Shown here: positions 12,663-26,290 of the stretch, one piece after another
Layout: the number at the start of each line of letters is the position of its first letter
Position numbering within the stretch: the first letter of the stretch is position 1
Source of the DNA: the human T2T-CHM13v2.0 reference genome, Homo sapiens
Length of the DNA stretch: 64,000 bases
Reading direction: 5' to 3' (one strand)
Assembly: GCF_009914755.1 (NCBI RefSeq)
Contig: NC_060942.1
Position numbers and translations under genes: made by a program
The notes under the pieces: model-generated
Database searches by the model: none
Seen by the model: the letters and a program-made list of their open reading frames with translations, nothing else
What the model was told of the DNA's origin: nothing

Positions 12663-13071
12663 GAGTTGGCCCTTGAACAATATGGGTTTACCTTTTGCAG
12701 ATTTTCTTCTGCCTCCATCACCCCTGAGACGGCAAGACCAACCCCTCCTATTCCTCCGCCTACTCAGTGTCAAGATGACAAGGATGAAGGTGTTTATGAT
12801 GACCCACTTCTACTTAATATAGTGAATATATTTTCTCTTCCTTATGACTTTAACATTTTCTTTTCTCTCACTTTATTGTAAGAATAAATCATATAATACA
12901 TATAACATACAAAATATGTGTTAATCGACCTTATGTCATCAGTAAGTATTCTGGTCAACAGTAGGATATTAAATTTTGGGGTAGCCAAAACTTACATATG
13001 ATTTTTTTACCACACTGGTCGGGGGTGGGGGCTTCATACCCCTAACCTCTACATTGTTCAAGGATCAACTA
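12663..13071 (+). mobile_element. Tigger2a-like (TcMar) non-autonomous DNA transposon
   Basis: TIRs gagttggcccttgaacaa / ttgttcaaggatcaacta with flanking TA on each side. Confidence 0.85.
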
Positions 13072-13108
13072 TACACACAAAAATGATTCATGTCTCTTAA
13101 CAAACATT

Positions 13109-13390
13109 CATTATTTATTTATTTATATATTTTTTGAGACAGGATCTTAGTCTGTCACCCAGGCTGGACTGCAGCCTGGGCTCATGCAATCCTCTTACCT
13201 CAGCCTCCCAAGTAGCTGAGACCACAGGCGTGTACCACCACACCCAGCTAATTTATTTATGTATTTATTTTTGTAGGGACAGGGTCTCACTATGTTGCCT
13301 AGCTGGTCCCAAACTCCTGGGCTCAAGCAATCCTCTCACTTCAGCCTCCCAAAGTGTTGGGATTACAGTCATGAGGCACCATGCCTGGCC
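13109..13390 (-). mobile_element. AluJ with internal deletion
   Basis: J-type sequence, (TTTA)n tail, near-TSD ttaacaaacatt/ttaacagacatt. Confidence 0.9.
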
Positions 13391-15449
13391 CTTTAACAGA
13401 CATTTAACATGATTTTCAGACAGTTCGTACCTCTTCATCTACAGCAAGGCTTAACAGAATTTCAACATAAAACTTTCTGTGAAGCTTAGAATAGGTGCAG
13501 GAAATGTTCAGAGTTCACGTTCTAGTTCCCACTGAGAAAAGCATGTGCACCAATATGTTTCCCCACCCAAGCATACACTGGGGCCCACCTGGAAGTCATA
13601 CAATTCTTTGGCCTTCTGGGCTGATTATCAAATGGTCTTCCTCTAAGGCCACTTAACAGCCAGTACTAAGGCACAGATGTTGCAGAACTTTGACAATAAC
13701 CAGTCATTCTTTCTGAACAAAAAACAAATTTCTTTGCTTACGTGATAATATTTTAGAGTCTGCGTGAAAGTCTTACATTCAGAGAAACGCCACAGTTCTG
13801 GCACCAGGAATGAAGGCGCCATCTGGCCCCTCTTGGGCTCCTTGGCTTGAATTCCTGGGGTCATTGTTACACTCAGCATTCTCTAGGCGAAGGAGAACAA
13901 TAAGAGGCAGGTAAAGCTGGAGCCCGTAACAGGAGGAAACGTGAGCATTGAAAACCCGCCCTTTGGATGAACTGACCACAGCTGGACAACACCAGTGCCA
14001 GGGTATGTGGAAGGTGGGGACATCGGAAATCTGGTCATTGTCGTGCAGTAGGGGAACTGCAGTGTTTATATAAAGATTTCTCTGATTGTGTATGCTCTTG
14101 ATGGATGATTCTTGGCCTATGTGGAAATTCTATGAGCTATACTTAAAGGGGCAACTCTTTTCCCAGTAGGGGAAGCAGAGAATAAATTTCTGGGAGAAAG
14201 AAAGAGGCAGAAAGGATATCTTTGGGAATAAATTGCTTTGCAGAAGCTAGGTCCTCAGGAACAGGGTTTCTACAAATAATTGATTTAGTGCCTCAGTAAT
14301 TAGCTACTACAGAAAAAACTGCTATAGAGGATGGCATTCCACATCCCCCCACTTTCAGGTCTGGTTTTTAGGTGACACTCTATTTTCCTTGAACCCCGTA
14401 AACCCACCGTTTTCCTTGTCAGCCAGGGTTCCAAGCACTGCAGAGATGAAGCACCTTCTTCCAGGAGTTCCTGGAGTTCTCAGAAGCCAGAGTGGACTTG
14501 TTCCTCCGTTTTATTTGATGAGGTTTGTATGCTTTCCAGATCCTGCCTGAGTGGTTTCTGGTGTGGACTCAGGGGCAACAGGCAAAAGTAATAAAAAGCA
14601 GATTCCATCTGCTATTACTCTGGGGTAAGCAGCCACAGGATTAAAAGGACCCTGCTCATTCAAATGCCAGCCAGGGAATTGGGCACCATGGAGAGATGCC
14701 ACCCCTGCCACCTGACATGGCTACTTCTGGAATCAAAGAATTGGCAAAAAGAAAATTCCCTATCTGAGGAAGCCAGTTCTGTAACATGGGCCACAAATTA
14801 AACGTTTCTCAGCCTTGGTGGTCTAATTTTATTTAGGAGATCATATGTGCATTTCCTTCCTCCTTGCTCATTGACTGGGTTTATAAAACAATTGTCTCTA
14901 TGCAGTCATCATCCCGGTGGGGCAGGGAGGGGAAGGCTTGCCACAGCTGTAGCAATAGTCAAGGCTGGTAAACAGGTCGGAAGAACAAAGAATGGGAATA
15001 TATCCCTACGGAGCGTCCAGGATATGCGGGGCTAGCACTTCATGAGAGTGATGTTATTGAATCCTCAGCCAATCTCCCTCAAACCAGGCACAAATTCAAG
15101 GACACCCAGGAATAAGGACTGGGGATACAGAATTCCAGTTCCCTTTTTGGGTGGAAAGAAAATATACACCTTTGCCAAATTTACTGTAAAAGCAGTGGTC
15201 ATTTTCTGAATTCTCAGACATCTATAATGGAGCAGGAGGTATTTAGGAGGAAAAACCAAAATTTGCAGACGTTCATGCAAAAAAATTTCCTTAAGCCTTA
15301 TTTTGTGGGTGTGGGTCAAAGTACGGTGTGTTACTCTGACAATGATGACTTTTCCTGCTATTTGCTGATAGTGCTTTAAAAGCAGAAAAGGATGGCAAAT
15401 ACTTGTAGAGCATGAACTGAAATAAAGATAATGCATCTTAAGTGTTTAG

Positions 15450-15673
15450 GACGTGCCCTGCACAACCCTGAGCATGTGACATTGCTAACTCATCTAACTT
15501 TCACAACAACCCTATGAGTTAAGTACTATCAGGAATCCTATTTTATAGAGGAGGACACTGAGGCATAGAGAAGATTATCCAGCCTCCAAAGCTCATAAGG
15601 CCAATAAGTGCAATAGCCAGGATTCAAACTCAGTCTGACTCGAGGGTAACTGCTCTTAATAACTACACTATTT
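15450..15673 (-). mobile_element. MIR (target of the L1PA insertion)
   Basis: tcacaacaaccctatgag...gaggacactgaggcatagag...aggattcaaactcagtctgact. Confidence 0.75.
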
Positions 15674-16132
15674 CTTTTCTTTTTTTAAAATTATACTTTA
15701 GGTTCTAGGGTACATGTGCACAACGTGCAGGTTTGTTACATATGTATACGTGTGCCAGGTTGGTGTGCTGCACCCATTAATTTGTCATTTACATTAGGTA
15801 TATCTCCTAATGCTATCCCTCCCCCCTCACCCTACCCCATGACAGGCCCTGGTGTGTGATGTTCCCCGTCCTGTGTCTAAGTGTTCTCATTGTTCAATTC
15901 CCACCTATGAGTGAGAACATGTGGTGTTTGGTTTTCTGTCCTTGTGACAGTTTGCTCAGAATGATGGTTTCCACTTTCATCCATGTCGCTACAAAGGACA
16001 TGAACTCATCCTTTTTTATGGCTGCATAGTATTCCATGGTGTATATGTGCCACATTTTCTTAATCCAGTCTATCATTGATGGACATTTGGGTTGGTTCCA
16101 AGTCTTTGCTATTGTGAATAGTGCTGCAATAA
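15674..16132 (-). mobile_element. L1PA (about L1PA4-6) 3' end, non-inverted segment
   Basis: T-rich tail, then L1PA 3'UTR and ORF2 C-terminus (WIKKMWHIYTMEYYAAIKK). Confidence 0.95.
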
Positions 16133-16536
16133 CTTAAACAAATTTACAAGAAAAAAATCAAACAACCCCATCAAAAAATGGGTGAAGGATATGAACAGAC
16201 ACTTCTAAAAAGAAGACATTTATGCAGCCAACAGGCACATGAAAAAATGCTCATCATCACTGCATCAGAGAAACGCAAATCAAAACCTCAATGAGGTACC
16301 ATCTTATACCAGTTAGAATGGCGATCATTAAATAGTCAGGAAACAACAGGTGCTGGAGAGGATGTGGAGAAATAGGAACACTTTTACACTGTTGGTGGGA
16401 CTGTAAACTAGTTCAACCATTGTGGAAGACAGTGTGGTGATTCCTCAAAGATCTAGAACTAGAAATACCATTTGAACCAGCCATCCCATTACTGGGTATA
16501 TACCCAAAGGATTACAAATCATGCCGCTATAAAGAC
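16131..16536 (+). mobile_element. inverted 5' segment of the same L1PA insertion
   Basis: Sense L1 ORF2 sequence (aacaaatttacaagaaaa...ctataaagac) ending at TSD aataactacactattt, 16537-16552. Confidence 0.93.
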
Positions 16537-16890
16537 AATAACTACACTATTTTGCCCCTGGACCTAAGGAATTATACCATAAAGAAATACAGAGCTCACT
16601 CTACAGGTCAAAGGGAATGAGCAAAGACAGATTCTGCCTGATTCACCTTCCCTTGTCAGGGCCAAGAAAACCTACAGTGACTGCTGTCAGCACCAGGTGA
16701 CATGTGAGACATATGTCTAATTAAAACAAAACATATCTTTTAAACTCAGCACACAATTCTCTTCGCAGGTTCTAAATATAGCTGGGCAAGGCTTCGGATT
16801 TTAGTGGGAGATGGCCAGAGGCGAAGCAACTGATAAAAGTAGCTGAATAGGCAAGTGTGTGGTCTGCTTTCCATTTCTGTTGGAGTTCCT

Positions 16891-16990
16891 ATTTTATTTA
16901 TGTATTTATTTATTATGTATTATTTTTATTTTTTATTTTATTTATGCTCCTTATTTATTTATTTATTTATTTATTTATTCTCTATTTTTT
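16891..16990. repeat. AT-rich (TTTA)n low-complexity tract
   Basis: Degenerate ttta repeats. Confidence 0.85.
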
Positions 16991-18061
16991 GGCTTAACAA
17001 CAGGAATGAGCTTGAAGATTTCCTTTTTGAAGGAATACGGGAGACACTCCTGAGGTCACGTATTTGATTAATGTTGAGATGTTTGCTCAGCCTCCCTTAT
17101 CAAGGGGAGGGCACCTGCGTGGGGTGTGGAGCATACTTTGCAGATGCCAAGTGCCCAGCAGCACCCAACGGTGTCTCTCAATACGTGATCCAGAGACAGA
17201 GGCTCATTCCCCCACCATGGCACCCCGACCCTGGGAGTCTGGGCCTGCCTGGGTGTGGGTGATAGGCAGCCAGCCACACAGAGGGACAGGCAAAGTGTTG
17301 CCAGAGCAATTTGAATGCATCCCCACTCCACCACCCTTGTAATATGGAATGATCTCCCCATCTTTCCTTCCTGAGCTGGGAGGTGGGTTCGAGTGTGCAC
17401 AGCCGGATACCATGGTAGGGCATACTCAGAGAAGGCCGGTGGGGAGAGGCTGGATTTTTCATTTCTTTCTTGTCTTTCTTGTCCTAGCTCTCCCTCTCTG
17501 AGCTAGGTGCAAGCTCCTGACGTAGGAAGCGATCCCTCCTTGCCACAGATAACCCACGTAGCCAGGTGCTGCCAAGCAGCTTCCACCTGGAGGAGGGCAG
17601 CTGCTCTGCGCATGACCAGTAGCTGTGGATGGCATCGTCGAGGCATCTGGAGGAAGCTGCAGCCCCACAAGGCCCCTGACCCCTCTGCCTTTCCCTCTGC
17701 TGGCTCCTCTTCCTCCCTCTTTCCCTGCTGTCCCCTGTAGAGAACTTTCTACCAGTCCACACACCAACCTAGGTGCAGCCCCCCTGCGTGACTCCCTCCC
17801 TGACTATCATAACCATGGCCAGCAGTATCTCCACATCTCTGCCCAGATCCCCCTGGGAAGGCTTATCCCAGGCCCCAGGTTTGGGGCAATGCCCAGTGGC
17901 ATCGGATGGGGTCCCCCTTGAAAGGAAGCACAGAAAGACTGAGCCATCAACGTAGTCCCCTCCATCACCTGCCACTGTCCCCAAAATCTCCCACACCGGA
18001 AGTGTTTAGATTGTCTAAGGACAATATTGTCTAGGGTTTGAGGACCACCCCACAGCAAAAA

Positions 18062-18190
18062 CACTAGAAAGCTAGTTCCAAAATGCAAATCCCAGGCCAA
18101 GCCCCTCACCTCCTGAGGCAGCATCCCTGGGTATAGATCTCAGAAATCTGCAGTTTTAATACAAAGGCCCCCTAAACTTAAAGAAACAGC
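18062..18190. mobile_element. MER5-like fragment
   Basis: aaaatgcaaatcccaggcc...agaaatctgcagttttaa. Confidence 0.45.
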
Positions 18191-19010
18191 CTGAATTCAC
18201 ATGGGCACACCTTACCTGAGCAGGCAATACAGTGACAAGGGTGGAAACAGAGGGGACGAGACCTGACACTGGGAAGGCCTGACAGAGGGAAGGAAGGAAA
18301 GCTCTCAGGCTAAGGGCGCTGGGAACCCCACTCTTCCCCCTAGGGAGTTGCCGTTCCCTGAGGGGCCTGAGGAGCCTCCTCCTGAAGCCCCAGCTATTCA
18401 AATTACACCTTTTCTTATTAGGACATCAGGAGGTGTTGCCCCTTAGCTTTCCATTCTAACCTCCTCAATGTAGGGGCCTTGCTGGTGTCGAGGACAGAGC
18501 GGAGGCCTCAAGGGTATGTGCAGTCTAGGTGGCCTTGGTGGAGGGGCAGGATTCTACATTTGGGAGGGGACTTCTTGCTGAACTCCTTCCAGATGGGTCA
18601 AATGGGGTAGACTGAGGGAGTGGTGTGGGAGGTGGTAAAGAACCAAGTAGGGACTGGATGGATCCTGGGAGTTTACAGGGCTGCCTCGGAGAGGGAGGGT
18701 GCTGAGAGAGAGGAGACCAGGGGGGGCACCAACGCGATCCCTGCAGGCTATGAGTGTAGGATCAGAGAGGGTTAAGGGCCAGAAGCCCCTGTGTGTTTAG
18801 GACTGTGGCACCATGGGTGCATCCCCTGAGAAGCGAAGCTCAGGCAGGAGCAGCAGTGGGCAAAGAGCCTGGTGGTGCAGGTGCAGGCCCTGTAGAGGAG
18901 GCAGTGACAACACCCAGCCCAGGCCGACTCTCTCTGCCTGTCCCCTGAGTCCCCTGGCACCTCTCCACATCTGCTCAGCCCTCCCAGTTAACCTAGCACT
19001 GGTAGATGGT

Positions 19011-19723
<713 letters not shown>

Positions 19724-19837
19724 TGAATCCATCTGCAGATCCAGACTCCACAGGAAGCCAGCAAGTGTGATTGCGGGCTCTGCTGCATTTCAGGGGCGGT
19801 TCTATACTTGGCACGTGCATGCTTTCCCCAGCCTAGC

Positions 19838-20290
19838 ATATTAGCCTGCTGGGGCTACTATAACAAAATACCACAAACTGAGTGGCTTAATACAACTGAA
19901 ATGCATTCTCTCACACTTCTAGTGGCCAAAGTCCAAGATCAAAGTTTTGGCAGGGTTGGCTCCTTCTGGACACTCAGAGGGAGAGTCTGTCCTGTGTCTC
20001 TCCCCTGGCTTCTCCTGGTTGCTGGCAACCCTTGGCATTTTTTGCTTATAAATGCATCCCTCTTATCTCAGCCTGTACTGTCACGTGACCTTCTTCCCTG
20101 TGCATCTGTCTCTTGTCCTCTTCTTCTAAGGACAGCAGTCATATTGGATTAAGGGCCCAGCCACTCCAGCATGACCTCCTCTTAACTTGATGGCATTCAA
20201 AGCCATCAGGTTTGGAAACAAGGTCACATTACCAGGGACCGGAGGCTAGGACTTGAAGATACCCTTTGGGAGGAGACACCTGCAACGTTT
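19838..20290 (-). mobile_element. MLT1C-type MaLR LTR
   Basis: gctactataacaaaataccacaaactgagtggctta...gtcatattggattaagggccc...aaggtcacatt. Confidence 0.85.
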
Positions 20291-22157
20291 GGATTGGAGA
20301 AGACTCAGTGACCTTCTGGGATGTCGTTTACCCTCCCTGGGCTGCAGCTTCCTTGTTTGTAGAGGAAGAGGTTAAATTAAACAATCTCTTCCAGGTCTCA
20401 TGGTCTTCGAATCTGTTTTCTCCTCTGCTGTTTTCTCAGCTTCCTTCTCCCGATGGAAATAGGGGGCCAGTGTATTTCCCCTGCCTCCCCTCCCTCTCAG
20501 CCCTGCTTTCAAGTCTTAGAGCTGGCAAGGGCTTTGTGCAATACTCCAGGTCCTACCCTCAATTTCTGGTGGAACAACAGAATAAGCGGTCTCTGCATGC
20601 ACACAAATCCCTTCAGCTCCGTCTGGGCCCAGCGGCAGCTGACCAACCAGCCCATCACACACCTTTCTGCAGGCCCCTTCCCCGCCCGGCCTCTTTCTCT
20701 ACTCTTTTTGTTTATTTTTATTCCCCAGTCTCTCATCTCTCACCTATACAGTCAAGTTTCCAGCCTCTCTTTCCACCCACTGTTCAGCCATCAGTCAGCC
20801 TAAACATTCTACTTTCTGCCTTTCTCCCCACAAGCAACTTTGTTTGCAGAGAACCCACAGAGTTTGACATGTTGTCTGCAGACTCTCTGTCCACAGGCTG
20901 CAGGTGTAGTGGAGCCCGCTCCAGACTGAGACAGAGGCCCAGGTTTTTACCAGGCTGTGCTGCTGCCAGCCTGGTGTGACTACCCATCCCACCCCCTTCG
21001 ATACCTGTGCCTCAGTTTCTCCCATGGATAATGGAGTGGGACTCAATGGGAGTAACAGACTCCAAGAACATGAATGGGGGTGAGCAGGGACCACCAAACA
21101 CGTCCTCTGCCCATCTCATGTCCGACCCACTCACCTCCCAAGTAACAGGCACAACTTCACCAAATCTGTGGCCCCCCAACTGGGTGGATAAGGCCAGGAC
21201 TTGCTTCTGATTTGCACAGCACATCCCCCCAGCATTGGAATAAAAGCTGCTCAGGATGGCCCTCGAGATAAGGTTTTCAGAGCTCTAGGGATCCAGACCC
21301 AAAACTGCGGGACCTCTGAGGAAGCACAGGTTCCTGCACTGAAGGCAGAGCACTGGCCATCTATTTTGACTCTAAATATTTGGAGGAATTCTGCGAGCTG
21401 TTTTGTAAGCTGCACTGAGGTAATGCTGTGTCATGGAAACCAGTGCAGGCAAGATTTCTAGGGAGAGGCAGTGTTTACCCTTGTTACATGGACTAGAGGT
21501 CAGCAAAAGCAGAAGCCCCTCAAGAGCGTGCGCAGAGCTGCAGAGGTAAGCTGGCAGGTCCCAACCAGTCTCCAGCAAATTTGGCCATGAAATGAGGAAT
21601 CCCTGGGACCTCCGTTTTTCTTGGCCATGTCCCTTGCTGGGCACCTATATGCGTGATCTTATTTCAGCTTCATGATTCTTGCAGGCATCATTATCAATGT
21701 TTTTGTTGCTGTTTTAACTGGCGGGGTGGGCGGGGAGAGAGGGGAAATCACGTTCCCAGAGACATATAGCTAAAGAGAAAGTGAAGATTTGAGCCTGACA
21801 CCAGCCATGCTTTTCCTGACATTCCTGGCAGTGTGAAAGGAAGGACAGCAATATGGTTTTCTTGAAGGGGTAACAAGTTTCAGCAAATAATTTTGCTTAT
21901 ATCTTACGAGAGAGGCATGGATGTTTGCTGGGAGGGAAAGGAGCTAGTAGCAAGTGGAAGAGGAAAGACTCCAAAACCAAGAGGAGGGCTCTTCTCTCCC
22001 AGAGTTGAGGGGGGAAGGATGGGAGGGAGGTAAAGGTCAGAAATCTCTCTTTATTTGGAATGGTTTGCACAGCGGCTCACAATCGGAGCTTCCCTCTGCC
22101 TCAGACAGGCCTCTTCTCTAACAGGTGTAATGCAGTGATGTTTTCCTTTGGCTTCCT

Positions 22158-22168
22158 TGCTGAGTCAT
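22158..22168 (-). promoter_or_regulatory. consensus ARE/MARE (NRF2/BACH1/NFE2-sMAF) containing an AP-1 core
   Basis: TGCTGAGTCAT on +, i.e. ATGACTCAGCA on -. Confidence 0.45.
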
Positions 22169-23329
22169 GACTAGATTTGCCTGGGAAAGCTCAGATATTA
22201 CTGATTCAGTGTTCATTCCTTTTTCCTCCTTACCACCAGCCTTCAACACTCCATATGACGCCTTCAATAGGAAGGGAGGAAGATAAATAACATGGAAACA
22301 GAGAGAATCACCTGGACCAATTTTGGTATTAAAAAACCTGGAAAAAGCATTACATGTTTGTCTTTAATTTTTCTGCCCTCAGAGTGAATCTTGGTCATCG
22401 TTACAGAACTGTAGAGCTCCAAGATGATACCTTTTATTTCTAAGGATCCTGCATGCAGTGTGAGAAGCTGGCTGACGTTGCTAGCTCCACTTCAAAGGTA
22501 AAGAAACTGAGTCAGGCAGAGAGAGCACCAGATCTGTCTGAGCTCAGTGGAGGCGAACAATCAGAGACTCGACTGAATAACAGCCTCAGAAAAAGGATGC
22601 AGTTTAGTCTTCCAGCTACGGGCTAAGGTGTCTTATTTTTTCTAGAGTAATAAAAATCAGAATTTTAAAGTATATTCCCTTACTTACCCTGGAGGGCTCA
22701 AGAACTCTTTCTTCTTGCTTTTTATGACTCCGATTTTACCTGTAGAAGTAAGTGGCACTATAAATCCCAAACAGCTTCCTACCTGCTGTTCTTCCCTAGT
22801 GAGGCTTGAAGTGATTACTAGATATGGTTTCAGGCTCTGCAAAATGATAGGAAACTTAGGGAGTTTGCTTTCTTCTCAGATTTACCAGGAAGAGAGGGTA
22901 ATTTAAATGGCATTTCATTATCTCAAAAGAGATGACAATAAATATATTCTTCTGTTACTGAGAACAGACAAGTAATTTCTATTCTTGGAGATCTTTCCAT
23001 GGGAATTAGAGTAAAACTTCCAAGTTCAAACATGTTGCCTTTCCTTATTAGAAAATCTTGTACTAAATTGTCACTCTTTAAAACCAGTCACAGTTGAAAC
23101 TCATCTCTTCCTTAACAATGGGTGGAGGTAGAGAGGAGAGGAATTCAGAACCCTACAGACCCTAATGCCCATGAAACCCCCCTCATGCTTGACCACTTTA
23201 GAGGCTGTCTCCCCACTACCAGATGGGAAGAAACTGGTTGACAATCTGCAAGTTGTCTTAAAGAGGACAGCACCTGCTCCAGGCCCCAAGTTATTAAGAA
23301 GTACACGTTAAACCAGAATCTCATTACGG

Positions 23330-23369
23330 CTGTCAGAATTATAATGATTGACAGCTGGAAAATCTTATC
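23330..23369 (+). promoter_or_regulatory. PBX-MEIS/PREP decamer with E-box, second MEIS site and GATA
   Basis: ctgtca 23330-23335; TGATTGACAG 23345-23354; CAGCTG 23352-23357; cttatc 23364-23369. Confidence 0.4.
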
Positions 23370-25099
23370 ATGCATTTCCGCAGGATTGCAGCAAAGCTTT
23401 GATTAGCATTTAGGCATTCACATTTGCAGAAGCAGCATTTTTATTTGCTCTTAAATAATTTTTTATAACACTCAGACCCAGCACTGAAATGCTATAGTGT
23501 ACTGATGAGGAGGCTGGTGCCACACAAAACCAAGATGGGCTTTGTTTTGTTTCTCCTCAATATTATCCTGGCTAGCATGACCCTGGTTTCCCATCTCTTG
23601 GATAAAGAAGGAGCTGAACAGAAGTTATTCAGCTTGTGATTTGCGCCAGGAGATGACACAGACTTGCTCTTGACCTCTAAAAAGCACTTCCAAATTCTCA
23701 AGTGTAATAGAAATGAACAGCACAGAGGATGGTTTTAAGATAAATAAATCAAAGTGCCATCTTAATTTACAACCAAGAAGGGGCATGTCTATACATTAGA
23801 CTAAATAAAACCCCATGGTTACAAGAAAATTAGCATATGGCCAGTAAAGGTATTTTCATATAATCTCGGCTTAATATTTAAAGTCATTGGTAACTAATGG
23901 TGAAAAATGAGATTTTTTTTCCCCAAAACTACTCCTACTGGCAGAGAATATGGTACTATTGTATCATAAAGGCTATGAGCTCCACTTATTGCCATAGTTT
24001 TTGGAAATAGTAATTGTGTTGGTTTTTAGCTATTGCTTCCCAGATCCAAATCCACTATTCCATACTGTGCTTTATGATTCTGGCATTGGGATGCCATAAA
24101 TGTCATTTCTCCTTTTTCTATGCTGCTAACTGATATAGAGAGTTTTATTTTCCTGATGCCTATTGCAAATAAAGAGATTTTTAAAATCCAATATTTGGAG
24201 TGTTTTATTCCCACCAAAACTCTTCCAAATGGGGCATTTTATGGAAATGTGATGTTTGATGAAGCTTCTAGGGTCAGGGACCAAACACTGAGTAGATGAG
24301 AATGCAGCAGCTCCCTCTGGGAAAGACCTGTTCATTCTACTAATCTCATGATAGGTAGGTAATTGCAGAAAACTATTGCAAATCTCCAAGACTGCAGAAG
24401 ACTATCTATTGCCTGAAATACCCTGGAAGTAAGTGGCACCACTGGGAGCTGTGGTGCTTGCAAGGCCCTGAGGTATCTCTTTGATGGTCTTAAACAACAG
24501 GGCATGATTGCTCAACTTCCCCTCAAAAGCACCACATACCAGAGCCCTAGACACCATTCCTACCCAGAGGCTGGGGCAGTGAAAGAAGTCCTGGTGGATC
24601 AAATGGCCGAGGAGATATGGCCCATTGGGAGCATCAAATCTCATCTCTAAGTCCCTGAGCTGAATTTGATATTTTCCATGTTAGCAATTTTTAATATATT
24701 GACATTCACGATGGGCAACTCCTGAGACTTTCTCGTGAAATTCCACTATTCATAAATACTATTGATAATTGGCAGGCCACTATAGGATTTTCCCTGTAAA
24801 ATAAAGGAGAACATGTGGAACCAGAGCCACACTAAGATGCAGATGCTAGTAAGCTACTCTGAATGTACGTGACCAACCTCCACTCCCCAGACTCTTAGGG
24901 CCAGAGATTCAGATCATGTCTCAGAAAATTAAACTCTTAAGTTGTGGCTCTTCAAGGTCATTTGCTAGTAGTGCCCAAGAATAGTCTAGCAAATAGTCAA
25001 AGCCAGGAAAATTAAGTCTACAAATGCCAAGGGTCTAGTCTGTATATTTACATTGGTTGGTCTACTTTGATTAAAATCTAGTAACTAAAGCTCATATAA

Positions 25100-25290
25100 A
25101 GTGAGAATGGAGCATGATGCATTGAAAATATAATGAAATTTGGAGTTAAGTTTTACATATAAGTCCTTGGGCATAGCATTTGGCCTCCCTAAGTCTTTGT
25201 TTCTTCACCAGTAATGTAGAGCCAAGAAATATCTACTTCTCCGTATTGTTGTGAGGATAAATGCAACATTTTATGATGAAACACTCTACC
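25100..25290 (+). mobile_element. MIR
   Basis: ccttgggca...ttgttgtgaggataaatg. Confidence 0.55.
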
Positions 25291-25344
25291 ACAAGGAGAA
25301 TTTCAGAGCCCAGGAACCACTTTAGAGCTCTTGATAAGCCCCAA

Positions 25345-25420
25345 GATAACATAGTGCCTGGCATATAACAGATGTTTAATAAATGTTTGTTGAATGAATG
25401 AATAAATGAATGAATGAATT
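25345..25420 (+). mobile_element. L2 3' terminus
   Basis: agtgcctggcatata...aataaatgtttgttgaatgaatgaa. Confidence 0.8.
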
Positions 25421-25901
25421 CCATGATATTGAAAAGTCCTGACAGCATTGTTGTGTTATAAGAGAGTTTATGTAGATCTTAAAAGAGCCCATGTCAAAGG
25501 AGAAGCAACCTAGACACTGAAAGGATTTGGACAATTTAAAGTCTGAGATTGTGTTGTAATTCATTTAAATATGCTCTTTCTTCTGCAAAGCTTTAAGGAC
25601 TTTCCAGGAATTATATCATTAATCATGAATCCTTCTGATAAGAAAAAAAACATACCAGGTACAGCAGCTGCATGGCGGCTAAAGAAGCTGAAGAACAGCC
25701 TTCTTACGTTGATTGGCCATCCTGGACCCTGAGCCTTGTGGTGCTCAGAGATTGGCTGTTTCCAGAAATTAGGGATAAAGAATGGCAAAACGTGTCTTTT
25801 GGCTATAAATAACCTAACCACATTTCCACTGGCAGGCCATATTCTTATTTCTTCTTCCCTCTTCTGGAGAACAGAAATGGATGTTATCCAATGACTCTTG
25901 G

Positions 25902-26290
25902 TTATACAGTTTGGCTGTGTCCCCACCCAAATCTCATCTCCAATTGTAATCTGAATTGTAATCCCCACATGCTGAGGGAGGGACCTGAGTTTAGGTGATT
26001 GGATCATGGGGGTGGTTTCCCCCAAGCTGTTCTCCTGATAGTGAGTTCCTACAAGATCTGGTTGTTTGATAAGTGTCAGGCACTTCCCCCTTCTCTCTCT
26101 CTCCCTCTTTCTGTCTCCCCCACCTGCTGCCATGTAAGACGTGCCTGCTTCCCCTTTGCCTTCTGCCATGATTGTAAGTTTCCTGAGGCCTCCCCATCCA
26201 GGCAGAACTGTGAGTCAGTTAAACCTCTTTCCTTTATAAATGACCCAGTCTCAGATATTCTTTATGACAGTGTTAAAACGGACTAATACA
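25902..26290 (+). mobile_element. THE1D-like MaLR solo LTR
   Basis: THE1 consensus features ending ggactaataca; perfect 5-bp TSD cttgg at 25897-25901 and 26291-26295. Confidence 0.92.

Noticed and set aside
13815-13830. CTCF-like core (ccagatggcgc on -)
   Set aside because: Lacks the two conserved 5' C positions; too weak without ChIP data
20266-20979. Longest ORF (237 aa)
   Set aside because: Starts at TTG inside an MLT1C LTR, is S/P/L/F-rich from pyrimidine-rich DNA, and has no recognisable domain or exon context
25561-26169. 202-aa minus-strand ORF
   Set aside because: The N-terminal half is antisense THE1 LTR; a chance open frame
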